Origin: Cyanophyceae cyanobacterium
GTDB taxonomy: Bacteria > Cyanobacteriota > Cyanobacteriia > Cyanobacteriales > JBHJGN01
DNA: 64,000 nt
Direction of reading: 5' to 3'
NCBI GenBank assembly: GCA_050331735.1
Contig: JBHJGN010000015.1
Location: 42,400-106,399 of the forward strand
How positions within the stretch are numbered: position 1 is the first letter of the stretch; each line of letters starts with the position of its first letter. Below the pieces are notes generated by a model. It saw only the letters and a list, made by a program, of their open reading frames with translations, did no database searches and was not told where the DNA came from. Shown here in pieces: positions 22,520-33,496 of this stretch. The translations under genes were made by a program, and so were the position numbers.

Positions 22520-23551
22520 ATGCTAAATGTCCTAAAAGTATTACAGGTAGGCAGCCTCGCTGCCTTATTAGGGAGTGCGCCTGTTCAAGCTTCTACCCTG
22601 ATCAGAGTCCAGGATCTGAGAACCGATGGTGCTGACCACTTAGAAGAAACTGTCTTTGGTGACGACTCCCGCTTTGAAATTTACGATCTAGAAGTGGCTA
22701 CGGTCAATGGAGAAACCGTGATTCGGCTCGACTCTAATTTACCGTTGGCGGGAGTTAAAGACAAGAGAGCCGCAGATGGTCATATCGGCTACGGCGATCT
22801 TTTCATTGAGACAGCACAAGGAACTTACGCCGTCAAGTTCGCTCCTAACGAGACGACCCTGCCAACAGGGGTGTATAAAAACGCTGTGGGAGTCAATTTA
22901 GCGGCAGACAATAACGGAGCAGCGCTCGGTCGCTCGAACCCTAGACCAACAAATTTGGTGGCAGGCGATCGCATTGGTGATGTCTACGTCAGTTCGGTCC
23001 CAGGAACCGAGGGTAGCGGACAGCATCGGCTGATCATTGCCTTTGCTGAAGAGCTTCTGCCAGCAGGCGATCGCCAGCTTTATTTCACTCAAGAATGCCA
23101 CAACGACACAGTAGAACTCGCCTATCAGCATAGCCCGATGGCCACGGAAATACCCACCGCGCCAATGGCTATGCCTAGTCCTGGAGATGTACCTCACCTC
23201 GGACCAACGCTTGCTCCATCCCGGTCTGCGCTCGCTGAGACTCCCTCCTCAGAAAACATTCCTTCAGAAGCATTTATTGGTGCTGGCGTGGTGGGAGTCG
23301 CTATTTTGCTAGCGCTTTTGCTCGGAGGAGACAGCGATGATGCTGACAATCAGTTGCCCTCTTTTGTTTCCTCTGAAGAAACCGAACCGAGGGCAACAGG
23401 GCCAGATGAAGCAGACTCAGAACCACTGCCAATGCCGCCTCCAACCGATCCTTCCAGTGTGCCGGTTCCTGTCCCCGGACTAGATGGAGGCTGGTTAGCG
23501 GCTGCTGGTTTGTTGTTTCTTACCTTCCGCTATCTCAAGGCTAGGCGCTAG
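22520..23551 (+). CDS. Secreted surface protein with PEP-CTERM-like tail (resembles XDD3-type exosortase substrates)
   Basis: Signal peptide ..PVQA; SNLPLAG..AADGHIGYGDLF..ECHND; C-terminal VPVPGL-hydrophobic-KARR. Confidence 0.65.
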   Translation: MLNVLKVLQVGSLAALLGSAPVQASTLIRVQDLRTDGADHLEETVFGDDSRFEIYDLEVATVNGETVIRLDSNLPLAGVKDKRAADGHIGYGDLFIETAQGTYAVKFAPNETTLPTGVYKNAVGVNLAADNNGAALGRSNPRPTNLVAGDRIGDVYVSSVPGTEGSGQHRLIIAFAEELLPAGDRQLYFTQECHNDTVELAYQHSPMATEIPTAPMAMPSPGDVPHLGPTLAPSRSALAETPSSENIPSEAFIGAGVVGVAILLALLLGGDSDDADNQLPSFVSSEETEPRATGPDEADSEPLPMPPPTDPSSVPVPVPGLDGGWLAAAGLLFLTFRYLKARR

Positions 23552-23632
23552 TCTCAGCCGTGCCGCTAGCGAGGGCTGGCAATGGTTCGTAGGCTGTGAT
23601 AAGCCAGCTAAAGAAGTTGAAAACCATCAAAG

Positions 23633-24184
23633 CTACTCTGACAGAGCGATGTTAAGTCCTAGTAAAAGGGCCGCTAGCGTTCCCGATACGCAAAGCTCCC
23701 CAGAGCGAATTTTATCCTTGACCGCTGGAAAAGACACTAAAACCACTTCTATGTCTTCAGTAATATCCAAGCGTTGCTTGCCTTGCCGGTGAACCTCTTC
23801 TGCCAGAAACAGGTGAATTTTGTTGGTATCTTTAACTGGGTTATCGTATAAAGTCGCTACTTTAGTCCACCGAGAAGCAACGTAACCGGTTTCTTCCTGT
23901 AGCTCTCGCTTCGCAGCGCTTAGGCTATCCTCTCGTTGCGGATTAAAGCTCCCCGCCGGTAACTCTAGCAAAATTTCTCCCACTCCATGACGATACTGAC
24001 GAACGAAGACAATCTTCCGATCGAACGTGATTGGTAAAATAAGAGCAACGTCGGGTCTAATGTTGATGAAGTAGTCATCAACGATCTGTCCGCTAGGCAG
24101 CCGGACGGTGTCTTGTCTCACCCGACACCACTGATTGTCAATTACCAGGTGGGAATAGAGCGTTTGCCATTTCTGGAGCATCAT
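23633..24184 (-). CDS. NUDIX hydrolase (ADP-ribose pyrophosphatase-like)
   Basis: VRQYRH, ELPAG, AKRELQEETGY. Confidence 0.92.
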   Translation of the reverse strand: MMLQKWQTLYSHLVIDNQWCRVRQDTVRLPSGQIVDDYFINIRPDVALILPITFDRKIVFVRQYRHGVGEILLELPAGSFNPQREDSLSAAKRELQEETGYVASRWTKVATLYDNPVKDTNKIHLFLAEEVHRQGKQRLDITEDIEVVLVSFPAVKDKIRSGELCVSGTLAALLLGLNIALSE

Positions 24185-24666
24185 CTGCGGTTTGTCGTCA
24201 CCTCTCAGTTAACCTGGAGCAAAATCCTCGTCAAGTAGCAATCCCGAGCTGCCATTGAGCTGGCTCAAAGCAGCCGGATCGTCCATCCGGGTGCTGCGAA
24301 GACTGCCCCGGAGCCGAAAACTTTTCCGGCGGAACTTTGAGACCGGGAAGTAAATCTTAAAAACCTTATTTTTAGACAAAAAAGCCAGTTTGCAGAATGG
24401 CGCTTCATCGTAGGGAAGCAGCTTACCCAATCATGTTTAGAATTAAGAGGGCCGTAGCTCCGGCGATCGCGAACGAAAACAAATCGACGCTGCGGGCATG
24501 AGCGAGAGAGATTGCTTTAGCCTCAACTTTTGAGGTGGCAAGCGCACGATTGATTTTATTCTGATGAGATGCAAAGGTATGTTTCATGGTAACTAGTAAT
24601 CCGATTAATGTGTGCAATTATTAAGAGCGTTAACAAATGTATTACAATCTGTAAAGTTAAGGCCCA

Positions 24667-25716
24667 ATGCAGCTAACCAGTTATCCCTTTACAGTTCACA
24701 AGCGGTTTCCTCTGACGATCAGTCGGGGAACAACGGCTCAAACCACGAATATACAGGTTTGCATCCAGCACGAAGAGATTGAGGGGTGGGGAGAAGCGTC
24801 ACCGTTTTCAGTAAGGCGAAACCAGGGTGCCGCAACGGATATGCTCCAGGAACTCCAGCGGCTTGCTCCAGCGCTAGAACAGTTTGAGCCTTTAGACCGC
24901 CAGCCAATAGAAACGCTCCTCAAACAGAAACAGACTTCTTCAGCAGTTCAGGCAGCCATCGATATGGCGCTCTACGACTGGATGGGCAAACGGGCAAAGC
25001 TTCCGCTGTGGCAGCTCTGGGGACTGAACTGCTCTCAGGTGGCGCCCATTTCGGTGACGGTGGGTATCGGAACTCCCCAAGACGCCAGACAGCGGGTTCG
25101 CAACTGGCAGCAGGTCACAGAACCGACCATTATTAAAATTAAGCTTGGCAGCCCCCAGGGCATCACAGCCGACCAAGCGATGCTGCTCGCGGTCCGGGAA
25201 GAGGCTCCCACTGCACAGCTTACGGTAGACGCGAACGGGGGCTGGAGTTTGCCGGAGGCACTCAGTATGTGCGACTGGCTCTGGGGGCAGGGAGTAGAGT
25301 ACGTAGAACAGCCGCTAGCTGTAGGAGAGGAGGAGCAATTAGGAACGCTTTCAGCGCGATCGCCTCTCCCCATTTTTGTCGATGAAAGCTGCTTCACCAG
25401 TCACGATGTTCCTCGACTAGCCGAGTGCGTCAGCGGCATCAACATCAAAGTCATGAAGACTGGTGGATTAACCGAGGCGATGCGCACCATTCATGTTGCG
25501 AAAGCCTGCGGACTCAAAGTGATGTTTGGCTGTTATTCTGACAGTACCCTCGCCAATACCGCTATGGCTCACCTGTCACCGCTGGCAGACTACCTAGATT
25601 TGGATAGCCACCTTAACTTAATAGACGACCCGTTTACAGGAGCCGTGATGCAGGCAGGCCGCTTGCTGCCAACCGATTTACCAGGCTTAGGAGTGAAATA
25701 CCGTGATCAGGGCTGA
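24667..25716 (+). CDS. Enolase-superfamily dipeptide epimerase (L-Ala-D/L-Glu epimerase-like)
   Basis: ISRG, GWGEA, KIKLG, VDANGGW, EQP, DES, NIK, DLDS. Confidence 0.92.
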   Translation: MQLTSYPFTVHKRFPLTISRGTTAQTTNIQVCIQHEEIEGWGEASPFSVRRNQGAATDMLQELQRLAPALEQFEPLDRQPIETLLKQKQTSSAVQAAIDMALYDWMGKRAKLPLWQLWGLNCSQVAPISVTVGIGTPQDARQRVRNWQQVTEPTIIKIKLGSPQGITADQAMLLAVREEAPTAQLTVDANGGWSLPEALSMCDWLWGQGVEYVEQPLAVGEEEQLGTLSARSPLPIFVDESCFTSHDVPRLAECVSGINIKVMKTGGLTEAMRTIHVAKACGLKVMFGCYSDSTLANTAMAHLSPLADYLDLDSHLNLIDDPFTGAVMQAGRLLPTDLPGLGVKYRDQG

Positions 25717-26755
25717 ACATCGAGTTGCCATTCTGCTACACGAGGGTCTTCGGGGCGTTCGCGGCAAAACAGGATTAGCCTACCTCCGCTACGGAACTGC
25801 GGCTGTAGTAGCGGTGATTGACTATCAGTGTGCCGGAGAATCGCTGCGGCAAATCACCAAAATTGAGCAAGATGCTCCAATTGTGGTCTCTGTTGCCGAA
25901 GCTCTGACCTATGAGCCTGACGTGCTGCTCATTGGGATTGCCCCTTCTGGAGGCGCCTTACCGGAGGCGTGGGAAGAAGAAGTCAAGCAAGGGGTAGCGG
26001 CGGGACTATCCCTGGCCAATGGCTTACATACGCCGATGGCCTCCCTGCTTTCCCAGCCGCTACGTTCGGGGCAGTGGATTTGGGATATTCGCCAAGAACC
26101 TCAAGGACTGACAATCGGCAGTGGCAAAGCGCGATCGCTCTCCTGTGAGAGGATTTTAACGGTGGGAACCGACATGGGCGTTGGCAAAATGTCTACGAGC
26201 TTAGAGCTAGCTCGCGCCGCTAAACATCGCGGAATTCAGTCTCAATTTCTCGCCACCGGACAAGGAGGCTTGATGATTGCCGGAAACGGCATTGCCCTAG
26301 ATGCGATCCGGGTAGATTTTGCGGCGGGAGCCGTCGAACAGATGGTAATGCAGTACGGTCGGCGGTGCGAGCTAGTCATCATCGAAGGGCAGGGTTCGCT
26401 GCTGCATCCTGGGTCAACCGCGACCCTCCCCCTGATTCGCGGCAGCCAGCCCACCGGACTGGTGTTAGTGCATCGCGCTGGACTGACTCAGATTCACAAC
26501 GTTCCGGAGGTTAAGATTCCGCCTCTGCCGGAGGTCGTGCAGCTCTATGAAGCGGTTGCCAGCGTTGGTGGTGCTGACGAAGCGGTGAGAGTTAAGGCGA
26601 TCGCTCTCAATACCTTTGGACTGGATGGTGAAGCGGCCCACGCCGCTATTGAACAAGTCTACCAAGAAACGGGGTTGCCCTGTACGGACGTGGTTCGTTT
26701 TGGAGCCGAGGCGATTATTGAGGCAATTTATTCGCCTTCGCCAGGAGGCGATTAA
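25703..26755 (+). CDS. DUF1611-domain protein
   Basis: GKTG, IGIAPSGG, NGLH, VGTDMGVGKM, ATGQ, IEGQGSLLHP; overlaps the epimerase gene. Confidence 0.9.
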   Translation: MIRAEHRVAILLHEGLRGVRGKTGLAYLRYGTAAVVAVIDYQCAGESLRQITKIEQDAPIVVSVAEALTYEPDVLLIGIAPSGGALPEAWEEEVKQGVAAGLSLANGLHTPMASLLSQPLRSGQWIWDIRQEPQGLTIGSGKARSLSCERILTVGTDMGVGKMSTSLELARAAKHRGIQSQFLATGQGGLMIAGNGIALDAIRVDFAAGAVEQMVMQYGRRCELVIIEGQGSLLHPGSTATLPLIRGSQPTGLVLVHRAGLTQIHNVPEVKIPPLPEVVQLYEAVASVGGADEAVRVKAIALNTFGLDGEAAHAAIEQVYQETGLPCTDVVRFGAEAIIEAIYSPSPGGD

Positions 26756-26884
26756 TACCAATTAGAAAAAGTAATAGGAGATTTGATGAGTTGGGGGAAA
26801 GGGAAGCACAGCAGCTCTTTGCCCTTGAACCTCCAATGTTTGGTTAGTTTAAGGAACTATCTGACTACTTTCGGTAAATGGTAT
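26755..26884 (+). mobile_element. MITE copy 1 (ATACCA...TGGTAT)
   Basis: Shares ATACCAATTAGAAAAAGT start and internal blocks with 40772 and 47892 copies. Confidence 0.75.
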
Positions 26885-26982
26885 AAGCTCTTAGCTTTTA
26901 GCTTCCCTGAAGCGCGAGGCAGCTACTAGCGCGGCGACTTCTAGGAGGATCAATTTACTTTCAATGAGGCTAATAGCTATTT

Positions 26983-29394
26983 TCAAGCTTTGTTAAACTG
27001 GTGCGCTGCTAAAAACTGAGTCGCTTCTTCTGCTTTGAGAGGACGACTAAAGCGATATCCCTGCATTTCCTCGCATTGCAGGCGATGCAATAATTCAAAC
27101 TGCTGTCGTGTTTCTACTCCTTCGGCGACGACTCTCAAATTAAAGCCGCGCCCTAAAGAGATAATCGCAGAAAGAATGGCCATATCTTCTGGCGTATCCC
27201 GAAGATTTTGAATAAAAGGACAATCGATTTTGAGGGTTTGGAGAGAAATTTTTTTGAGATAGTTAATCGAGGAATTGCCGCTGCCGAAATCATCAATGGC
27301 AATGCATACTCCGAGATCGTGGAGTTTGCGGAGATTATTCATGGCTAAATCAGGATTTTGTGCTAAGTTTGTTTCGGCAATTTCTAGCTCTAACCACTGA
27401 GGATCGAGCTCCGTTTGTTGAAGCGTTTGCGAAACAAGCGCCAGCAAGTTTGACTGAAACTGACGAGGTGAGAGGTTGACAGCAACTTTGACAAGCGGCA
27501 AACCCGCCTCTTGCCACGCCTTGTTCTGAGCACAGGCCGTTTCTAGAACCCACTGACCGAGGGGAATAATCAGGTTAGTTTCTTCTGCCAAAGTAATAAA
27601 CTTACTCGGTGAAACCTGACCGAGTTCTGGGTGATACCAGCGCAGGAGTGCTTCCATCCCGCTTAGCTGACCCGTGTTGATGTTTACCTGGGGCTGATAG
27701 GACAGAGAAAACTGCTTTTCTGCTAGTGCCCGCGATAGCATCGACTCCAGTCTGAGCAGGGCTGAAGCCTTAGAGTTCATGGTCGGGCTGTAGAAGCGAT
27801 AGGTATTCTGCCCCTGCTTTTTAGCACGATGAAGAGCCGCATCGGCATGATTGAGTAACGTATTAGCCTCTTCCCCGTCTTGGGGATAAATCGCAATCCC
27901 AATGCTGGTTTGCAGCGTGATGTGGTGTTGCTCAACATCGAACGGTTGGGCGATCGCCTCTAAAAACCGATGACCAATTTTAGCCGTATCTTTAATACTG
28001 GTTATTTGAGGCAGCAGGACGGCAAACTGATCGCCGCCCCAGCGAGCGAGGGTATCTCCGAGACGAATGCAGGATTTTAACCGTTCAGCAAAGCCTTGAA
28101 GCAGGCAATCGCCAACCAGATGACCACAAGTTTCGTTGACTTTTTTAAAGCCGTCAAGATCGATAAACATCACCGCCATTAGCTGCTGATGTCTCTCGGC
28201 ATTGGCGAGGGCTACAGCGAGCTGCTCGTTGAATATTGTTCGGCTTGGCAAATTAGTTAACAGATCCTGGAGAGAACGCTGGTGAAGCGACAAGGCTAGC
28301 TGCTGGTGTTTGTTGACGTCGCGAATCACAAAGCAAAACAGATCAACATCACCATTACTTATTAAACGAGCGCTCTCCTCCATATGAATTAAAGAACCAT
28401 CTTGGCTGCGATAAAGCGCCTCGCCGATAAAATCTCGCTGCGCTCGAATTTGCTGGAGTTTCCTGTCCGTTGTCACCGGAGCGGCGGCGGTGAGAGTGGC
28501 CAGAGTCTGTTCGAGAAGGGCTGGCATTTCATAACCGAGCAGACGACAGCAAACGAGATTAGCGTCTACTAAGCGTTGGCTTACTGCATCTACAAAAAAT
28601 ATGCCTTCTGAGGTTTGCTGGATCACGGCCTGATATCGCGATCTGCTTTGCTCTAAAGCTGATTGCAACTGCTTAGAGGAGGTCACGTCAAAGAGATAGC
28701 TTCTGATCCGTTTTCCTTGATTCAAATAATGAACGTGCTGTTTATAAATGCTGTCTTTGACTGTCACCTCGCGCACAAAATGACTGCGGTGTTCGCGGTC
28801 AAGCAAGCCTTTGAAGAGAGAAGAATCTGGCTGAGTAAATTGGGCGATCGCCGCTGGATTACGATAAGTAGCGTTACCATCGCTATCGATTTCAATAATA
28901 GGAGTTGGGCACAGTTCAGCAACAGAAGCCAGTCTCAACTCTGCTTCGCTTTGTCGCACCTGAGGACCAATTAAAGTCTGCTGATCTGCCGCCTCATCCA
29001 GCTCTTGGTTGCTAAGTTCCCCTTCTGCACAAGCCTCTGTTATTTCCTCAAGGATCTGATAGCTAGCCTGAGCACTACTTCCAAAACTAATTAAATCTCC
29101 ATGCTGTAGTTCATGGGAGCGGCAAGCAACACCATTGACAGTAATTCCATTAGCACTTTGATTGCCCTGGAGATCCCCATCGACAATGCGATAGCTGTGC
29201 CGATTATGCTGATAATCGGCGATCCGAAGCAAAGTAGCATGTTGGCGAGAAACCTGGCGGTCGTAAATAACAATCGCATTATCAACGCCACGACCCAGAG
29301 AATACGTTTTTTCTTCAAGAGGAATAATCCGCTTGGCTTTGCGATCCTCTATTACCAACACGGGGCGAAATGGCTGCGCAGACAAAGTTGGCAT
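26983..29394 (-). CDS. FHA-PAS-GGDEF-EAL signalling protein
   Basis: FHA LGR..VSRQHA..SANG; PAS; FIDLDGFK, RWGGDQF; MEALLRW, IDDFGSG, VAEGVE, MQGY. Confidence 0.92.
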   Translation of the reverse strand: MPTLSAQPFRPVLVIEDRKAKRIIPLEEKTYSLGRGVDNAIVIYDRQVSRQHATLLRIADYQHNRHSYRIVDGDLQGNQSANGITVNGVACRSHELQHGDLISFGSSAQASYQILEEITEACAEGELSNQELDEAADQQTLIGPQVRQSEAELRLASVAELCPTPIIEIDSDGNATYRNPAAIAQFTQPDSSLFKGLLDREHRSHFVREVTVKDSIYKQHVHYLNQGKRIRSYLFDVTSSKQLQSALEQSRSRYQAVIQQTSEGIFFVDAVSQRLVDANLVCCRLLGYEMPALLEQTLATLTAAAPVTTDRKLQQIRAQRDFIGEALYRSQDGSLIHMEESARLISNGDVDLFCFVIRDVNKHQQLALSLHQRSLQDLLTNLPSRTIFNEQLAVALANAERHQQLMAVMFIDLDGFKKVNETCGHLVGDCLLQGFAERLKSCIRLGDTLARWGGDQFAVLLPQITSIKDTAKIGHRFLEAIAQPFDVEQHHITLQTSIGIAIYPQDGEEANTLLNHADAALHRAKKQGQNTYRFYSPTMNSKASALLRLESMLSRALAEKQFSLSYQPQVNINTGQLSGMEALLRWYHPELGQVSPSKFITLAEETNLIIPLGQWVLETACAQNKAWQEAGLPLVKVAVNLSPRQFQSNLLALVSQTLQQTELDPQWLELEIAETNLAQNPDLAMNNLRKLHDLGVCIAIDDFGSGNSSINYLKKISLQTLKIDCPFIQNLRDTPEDMAILSAIISLGRGFNLRVVAEGVETRQQFELLHRLQCEEMQGYRFSRPLKAEEATQFLAAHQFNKA

Positions 29395-29466
29395 AACTGA
29401 CCAAATTTAGAAGCTAGCTTTAGGTTTCCCTCAAATTCGCTCAAAATAACAGCCACCCAAAAATCA

Positions 29467-29638
29467 GTGCCGCTGGCGCGGGGAAAAGGGCAAAGGGGAA
29501 GGGGGAAACTGTCCCTCCGGGACGGGGAAGAACACAGGTTCAAGGAACAAACTTAACAACCGCCCCCTTTCCCCGTTGCGAAGCAACTTTTTTCCCGTTG
29601 CGGAGCAACTATTTCCCCTTTCCCCGTCGCGCAGCGAC
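29467..29638. repeat. Mini-hairpin/GGGGAAA composite element
   Basis: Forward arm, AAGAACACAGG spacer, inverted arm with GTTGCGAAGCAAC, GTTGCGGAGCAAC, GTCGCGCAGCGAC. Confidence 0.85.
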
Positions 29639-31315
29639 TTAATTGAGATCGGTGACCGCTCCGACACTGCTCGAGGAAACCAGCTTGGCGTATTTTGCTA
29701 AGACCCCTTTGGTATAGCGAGGCTGGGGAGAATGCCAGTTGGCGCGACGCTGAGCTAATTCTGTCTCTGAAACATCGAGCTGCAATAACCGATTGGGGGC
29801 ATCGATGGTAATTTGATCGCCCTCCTGCACCAAGGCAATCGTGCCTCCAACTGCGGCTTCCGGCGCAACGTGCCCGACAACCATGCCGTAGGTTCCTCCA
29901 GAGAAGCGTCCGTCCGTAATTAGTCCTACAGAGTCTCCTAATCCGGCACCAATCAGAGCAGAAGTGGGCGCTAGCATTTCTCGCATTCCCGGACCCCCTT
30001 TAGGCCCTTCGTAGCGCACGACAATGACATCTCCAGGCTGAATTTGCTTACTGAGAATGGCCTCTAAGCAGGCTTCTTCGGATTCAAATACCCGGGCTGG
30101 TCCAGTAATTTTGGGAGTTTTCACGCCGCTAATCTTGGCAACGGCTCCTTCGGTTGCCAGATTGCCTTTGAGTACCGCTAAATGACCTTGCTGATAGACG
30201 GGCTGATGCCAGGGATGAATCACCTCCTGATGGTTAGGCGGTTCATCGGGAACATCTGCCAGCACCTCTGCGAGGGTTTGCCCGGTGATGGTGAGGGCAT
30301 CGCCGTGGAGCAAATTGTGGTTTAGCAGCATTTTCATCACTTGAGGAATCCCGCCAGCCTGATGCAGGTCGGTGGCAACGTAGCGACCAGAGGGCTTAAG
30401 GTCGCACAGCACCGGGACTCGCCCCCGAATGGTTTCAAAATCGTCGAGGGTTAACTTAACGCCAATGGTGTGAGCGATCGCCAACAGGTGCAGGACGGCG
30501 TTGGTAGAGCCACCCACCGCCATAATCACGGCAATGGCGTTTTCAAAGGCTTGACGAGTCAAAATCTGGCGGGGCAGGATTTGGGCGCGGAGCGCTTCTG
30601 CCAGCACAAAGGCGCTTTTTTCGGTACTTTCTGCTTTTTCCTGGTCTTCTGCCGCCATCGTCGATGAATAGGGCAGGCTCATCCCCATCGCTTCAAAAGC
30701 AGAGGACATGGTGTTGGCCGTAAACATGCCGCCGCAGGAACCCGCCCCAGGACAGGCATGGCGCTCAATCTCGGTTAACTCTGCGTGGTCAATTTTCCCG
30801 GCACTATACTGTCCCACCGCTTCAAAAGCACTGACCACTGTTAAATCCTGTCCGTTGTAGTGTCCGGGTTTAATCGTGCCGCCATAGACAAAAATGGCCG
30901 GAATATTCAGGCGAGCGATCGCAATCATCGCTCCCGGCATATTCTTATCACAGCCACCAATGGCCAACACTCCATCCATGCTCTGCCCGTTGCAGACGGT
31001 TTCAATCGAGTCAGCGATCACTTCCCGCGATACCAGGGAGTATTTCATGCCTTCTGTGCCCATCGAGATCCCGTCGCTGATGGTAATCGTGCCGAACATC
31101 TGGGGCATTGTGCCTGCCTGCTTGAGGGCAGCTTCGGCTCTTTGAGCGAGTTTGTTGATGCCCATGTTGCAGGGAGTAATAGTGCTGTAGCCGTTGGCTA
31201 AACCCACAATCGGTTTGGTAAAATCGGCATCGCCAAATCCGACCGCCCGCAGCATAGCGCGGTTTGGCGATCGCTGATGACCTTGGGTGATAGCTTGACT
31301 TCTGCGATTGTTCAT
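29639..31315 (-). CDS. ilvD: Dihydroxy-acid dehydratase
   Basis: [54 protein letters not shown]. Confidence 0.97.
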   Translation of the reverse strand: MNNRRSQAITQGHQRSPNRAMLRAVGFGDADFTKPIVGLANGYSTITPCNMGINKLAQRAEAALKQAGTMPQMFGTITISDGISMGTEGMKYSLVSREVIADSIETVCNGQSMDGVLAIGGCDKNMPGAMIAIARLNIPAIFVYGGTIKPGHYNGQDLTVVSAFEAVGQYSAGKIDHAELTEIERHACPGAGSCGGMFTANTMSSAFEAMGMSLPYSSTMAAEDQEKAESTEKSAFVLAEALRAQILPRQILTRQAFENAIAVIMAVGGSTNAVLHLLAIAHTIGVKLTLDDFETIRGRVPVLCDLKPSGRYVATDLHQAGGIPQVMKMLLNHNLLHGDALTITGQTLAEVLADVPDEPPNHQEVIHPWHQPVYQQGHLAVLKGNLATEGAVAKISGVKTPKITGPARVFESEEACLEAILSKQIQPGDVIVVRYEGPKGGPGMREMLAPTSALIGAGLGDSVGLITDGRFSGGTYGMVVGHVAPEAAVGGTIALVQEGDQITIDAPNRLLQLDVSETELAQRRANWHSPQPRYTKGVLAKYAKLVSSSSVGAVTDLN

Positions 31316-31446
31316 GTTAGTTCTCCTGTATGAGGGCAGCCGCTCATTTATTCTGGTGTAGCAAATCTTTTATTATCTGACACTAAACGCCCATTGAGCA
31401 ACAAAACTCAGAAATTCGCCACTAAGCAACCTATATTGCTCATTGA

Positions 31447-32214
31447 TTAAAGCGCGAGGGCGAGAAGCAAAACCGAGTAAGCCGCAGCTCCAAGAGCAAA
31501 AGCCCAGAAGCGACTTTGGCGTTCTTCTGGCAGTTCTTCCTTAAGCACGTTAAGAATAATGGCTCCGGCTACGAAGGCAAACAGTACGGCGATCGCGGCT
31601 TCGCTAATTTCGGTTCCGGCTCCCACCATCCAGCCGAGGGCGATCGCTCCGGCTAAGATCCAGCGCCCGACCCGATGATAGGTACTTCTGTGGTCTGTGC
31701 GCAGCCCAAAATCATTAATCACAAAATGCAAGCCCAAAGCAATAAAGAACATCAACAGACTTCGCGGACTCTTTTCTTCTCCCTGCACGAGCAAATAGCC
31801 AATGAGAGCGTTGTAGAGAGAAAAGGCCAGCATATGGACCCAAAAAACTCCCAATCCAGCGGTAGTACCTGTTTCTGGATCTGGCTTTTGGCTTTGCGAC
31901 TCCATGACCATGCGCTCTAGCCCATAAAATACCGCCAAGCCAACGAGCGCCATCAGATAAACGTGGTACTCTAAAAACCCAATCATGCCTGTATTGGTAA
32001 TCGCCTCCTGATGTTTGCTTAAGTCGGGCAGCACATGCACAAACACATAGGCGACCGAAGCTCCACTGGCTGCCGAAAGCCAACGACTCCGAGGAATCTG
32101 CTCTAGGAACAGCAGTTTCCCTGAATAGAGATGGATGAAGACAAAACCGATTAAGCAAAGGGCAGTTAAGGCTAAATTCGAGGAATGTCCTCCTTCTGAG
32201 ACGGCTAACAGCAT
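31447..32214 (-). CDS. Polytopic membrane protein, ZIP-like metal transporter relative
   Basis: WLSAASGASVAYVFVHVLP, ALGLHF, LNVLKEELP; ~8 TM segments. Confidence 0.65.
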   Translation of the reverse strand: MLLAVSEGGHSSNLALTALCLIGFVFIHLYSGKLLFLEQIPRSRWLSAASGASVAYVFVHVLPDLSKHQEAITNTGMIGFLEYHVYLMALVGLAVFYGLERMVMESQSQKPDPETGTTAGLGVFWVHMLAFSLYNALIGYLLVQGEEKSPRSLLMFFIALGLHFVINDFGLRTDHRSTYHRVGRWILAGAIALGWMVGAGTEISEAAIAVLFAFVAGAIILNVLKEELPEERQSRFWAFALGAAAYSVLLLALAL

Positions 32215-32302
32215 ACTGATAAAGAATTAAAGATTCCCATTCTGATTAAATCTTCAACGCTGTAAAGTAGGTACAACCACCAGCACTCTATCTTATTTAA
32301 TA

Positions 32303-33496
32303 ATGGATCGCATGCTGTCTTTTGCTGCGGATGAAAACAAACCGAAAGGATTTAACGATGTTCGGACCTGCGGGATTAATCTGAATCATTGGTACGCCGT
32401 GGCCCGCAGCACTGAGGTGCAGGACGAGCCAGTAGGTGTCCGGCTTTGGCAGCAAAATATTGTTTTATACCGAGCCAAAGGAGAAATTCAGGCTTTAGAA
32501 GACCGCTGTCCTCACCGTCAGGTGAAGCTGAGTGGTGGTAGAGTCATTGGCGATCGCCTTGAGTGCGCCTATCACGGCTGGCAGTTCAACCGAGAAGGCC
32601 GTTGCGTGACAGTTCCGAGCTTAACCCCTAAACAAAAGCTGCCCGCCTGCCAGATTCGCCGTTATCCGGTGCAGGAACGCGATGGCTTGATTTGGCTCTT
32701 TCCTGGAGATGCCGCACTGCCAGCAGCGCTGGAGCCGCTAGCAATACCGGAGTGGGACCATCTCAACTATATCGCTACGGTGTCAACGATTGAGTGTCGG
32801 GGGCATTTCTCATACCTGATCGAAAATTTGATGGATATGTACCACGGGCATCTCCACCAAGACTATCAGGCGTGGGCCTCAGCAGCTCTACAGGAGTTAA
32901 CCACAAGCAACCAGCGCGTTGATGCCTACTACGAGGCCCAAAGTTACTACAAAATCGACAAAATTTGGTCGATTTCTCAGCTCTTTTTTCCCAGCCTGCG
33001 CCGCCTTCATCCAGAACCCTTGACCGTCAGCTATATTTATCCCCACTGGGTGTCGTCTCTTGGGCAAGATTTCAAAATCTACTGTCTATTTTGTCCAGTC
33101 GATCTCACCACAACTCGCGCTTATCTAATTCACTTTACCTCTCTCAACGCCTTCTGGCGCTTGCACAAACTCCCGGTTTGGTTTCGCCGATGGGTCAAAA
33201 ATAGTTTATTTGGTTCTGCTCAACGGTTACTCGACGGTCTGGTTCGTCAGGATGTCGCTATGATTGAGCAGGAACAGCAGGCGTCTTTAGCCAATCCGCA
33301 GCAGCGCAATTATGAACTCAATCCAACGATTGGAAAAGTTCAGCAGTTAATTCGCCAGCAAAGTCGCTCTGCGACGGGGGGAGTCTCCTTCGGGGACGGG
33401 AAAAGGGGAAAGGGAAATCTGTCCCTCCGGGACGGGGAACGGGAAAATTGTCTAGTGCAGGACGAGCAAAGAACACAAGATTACGGAACAAGCTGA
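32303..33496 (+). CDS. Rieske non-heme iron oxygenase alpha subunit
   Basis: CPHR..CAYHGW Rieske motif; ENLMDMYHGHLH iron site; C-terminal ~40 aa read through a repeat block. Confidence 0.9.
   Translation: MDRMLSFAADENKPKGFNDVRTCGINLNHWYAVARSTEVQDEPVGVRLWQQNIVLYRAKGEIQALEDRCPHRQVKLSGGRVIGDRLECAYHGWQFNREGRCVTVPSLTPKQKLPACQIRRYPVQERDGLIWLFPGDAALPAALEPLAIPEWDHLNYIATVSTIECRGHFSYLIENLMDMYHGHLHQDYQAWASAALQELTTSNQRVDAYYEAQSYYKIDKIWSISQLFFPSLRRLHPEPLTVSYIYPHWVSSLGQDFKIYCLFCPVDLTTTRAYLIHFTSLNAFWRLHKLPVWFRRWVKNSLFGSAQRLLDGLVRQDVAMIEQEQQASLANPQQRNYELNPTIGKVQQLIRQQSRSATGGVSFGDGKRGKGNLSLRDGERENCLVQDEQRTQDYGTS

Noticed and set aside
24209..24617. Two small minus-strand ORFs upstream of the NUDIX gene
   Set aside because: No recognisable motif; the one ending at 24423 has a C-terminal hydrophobic stretch and could be real, but I cannot support it
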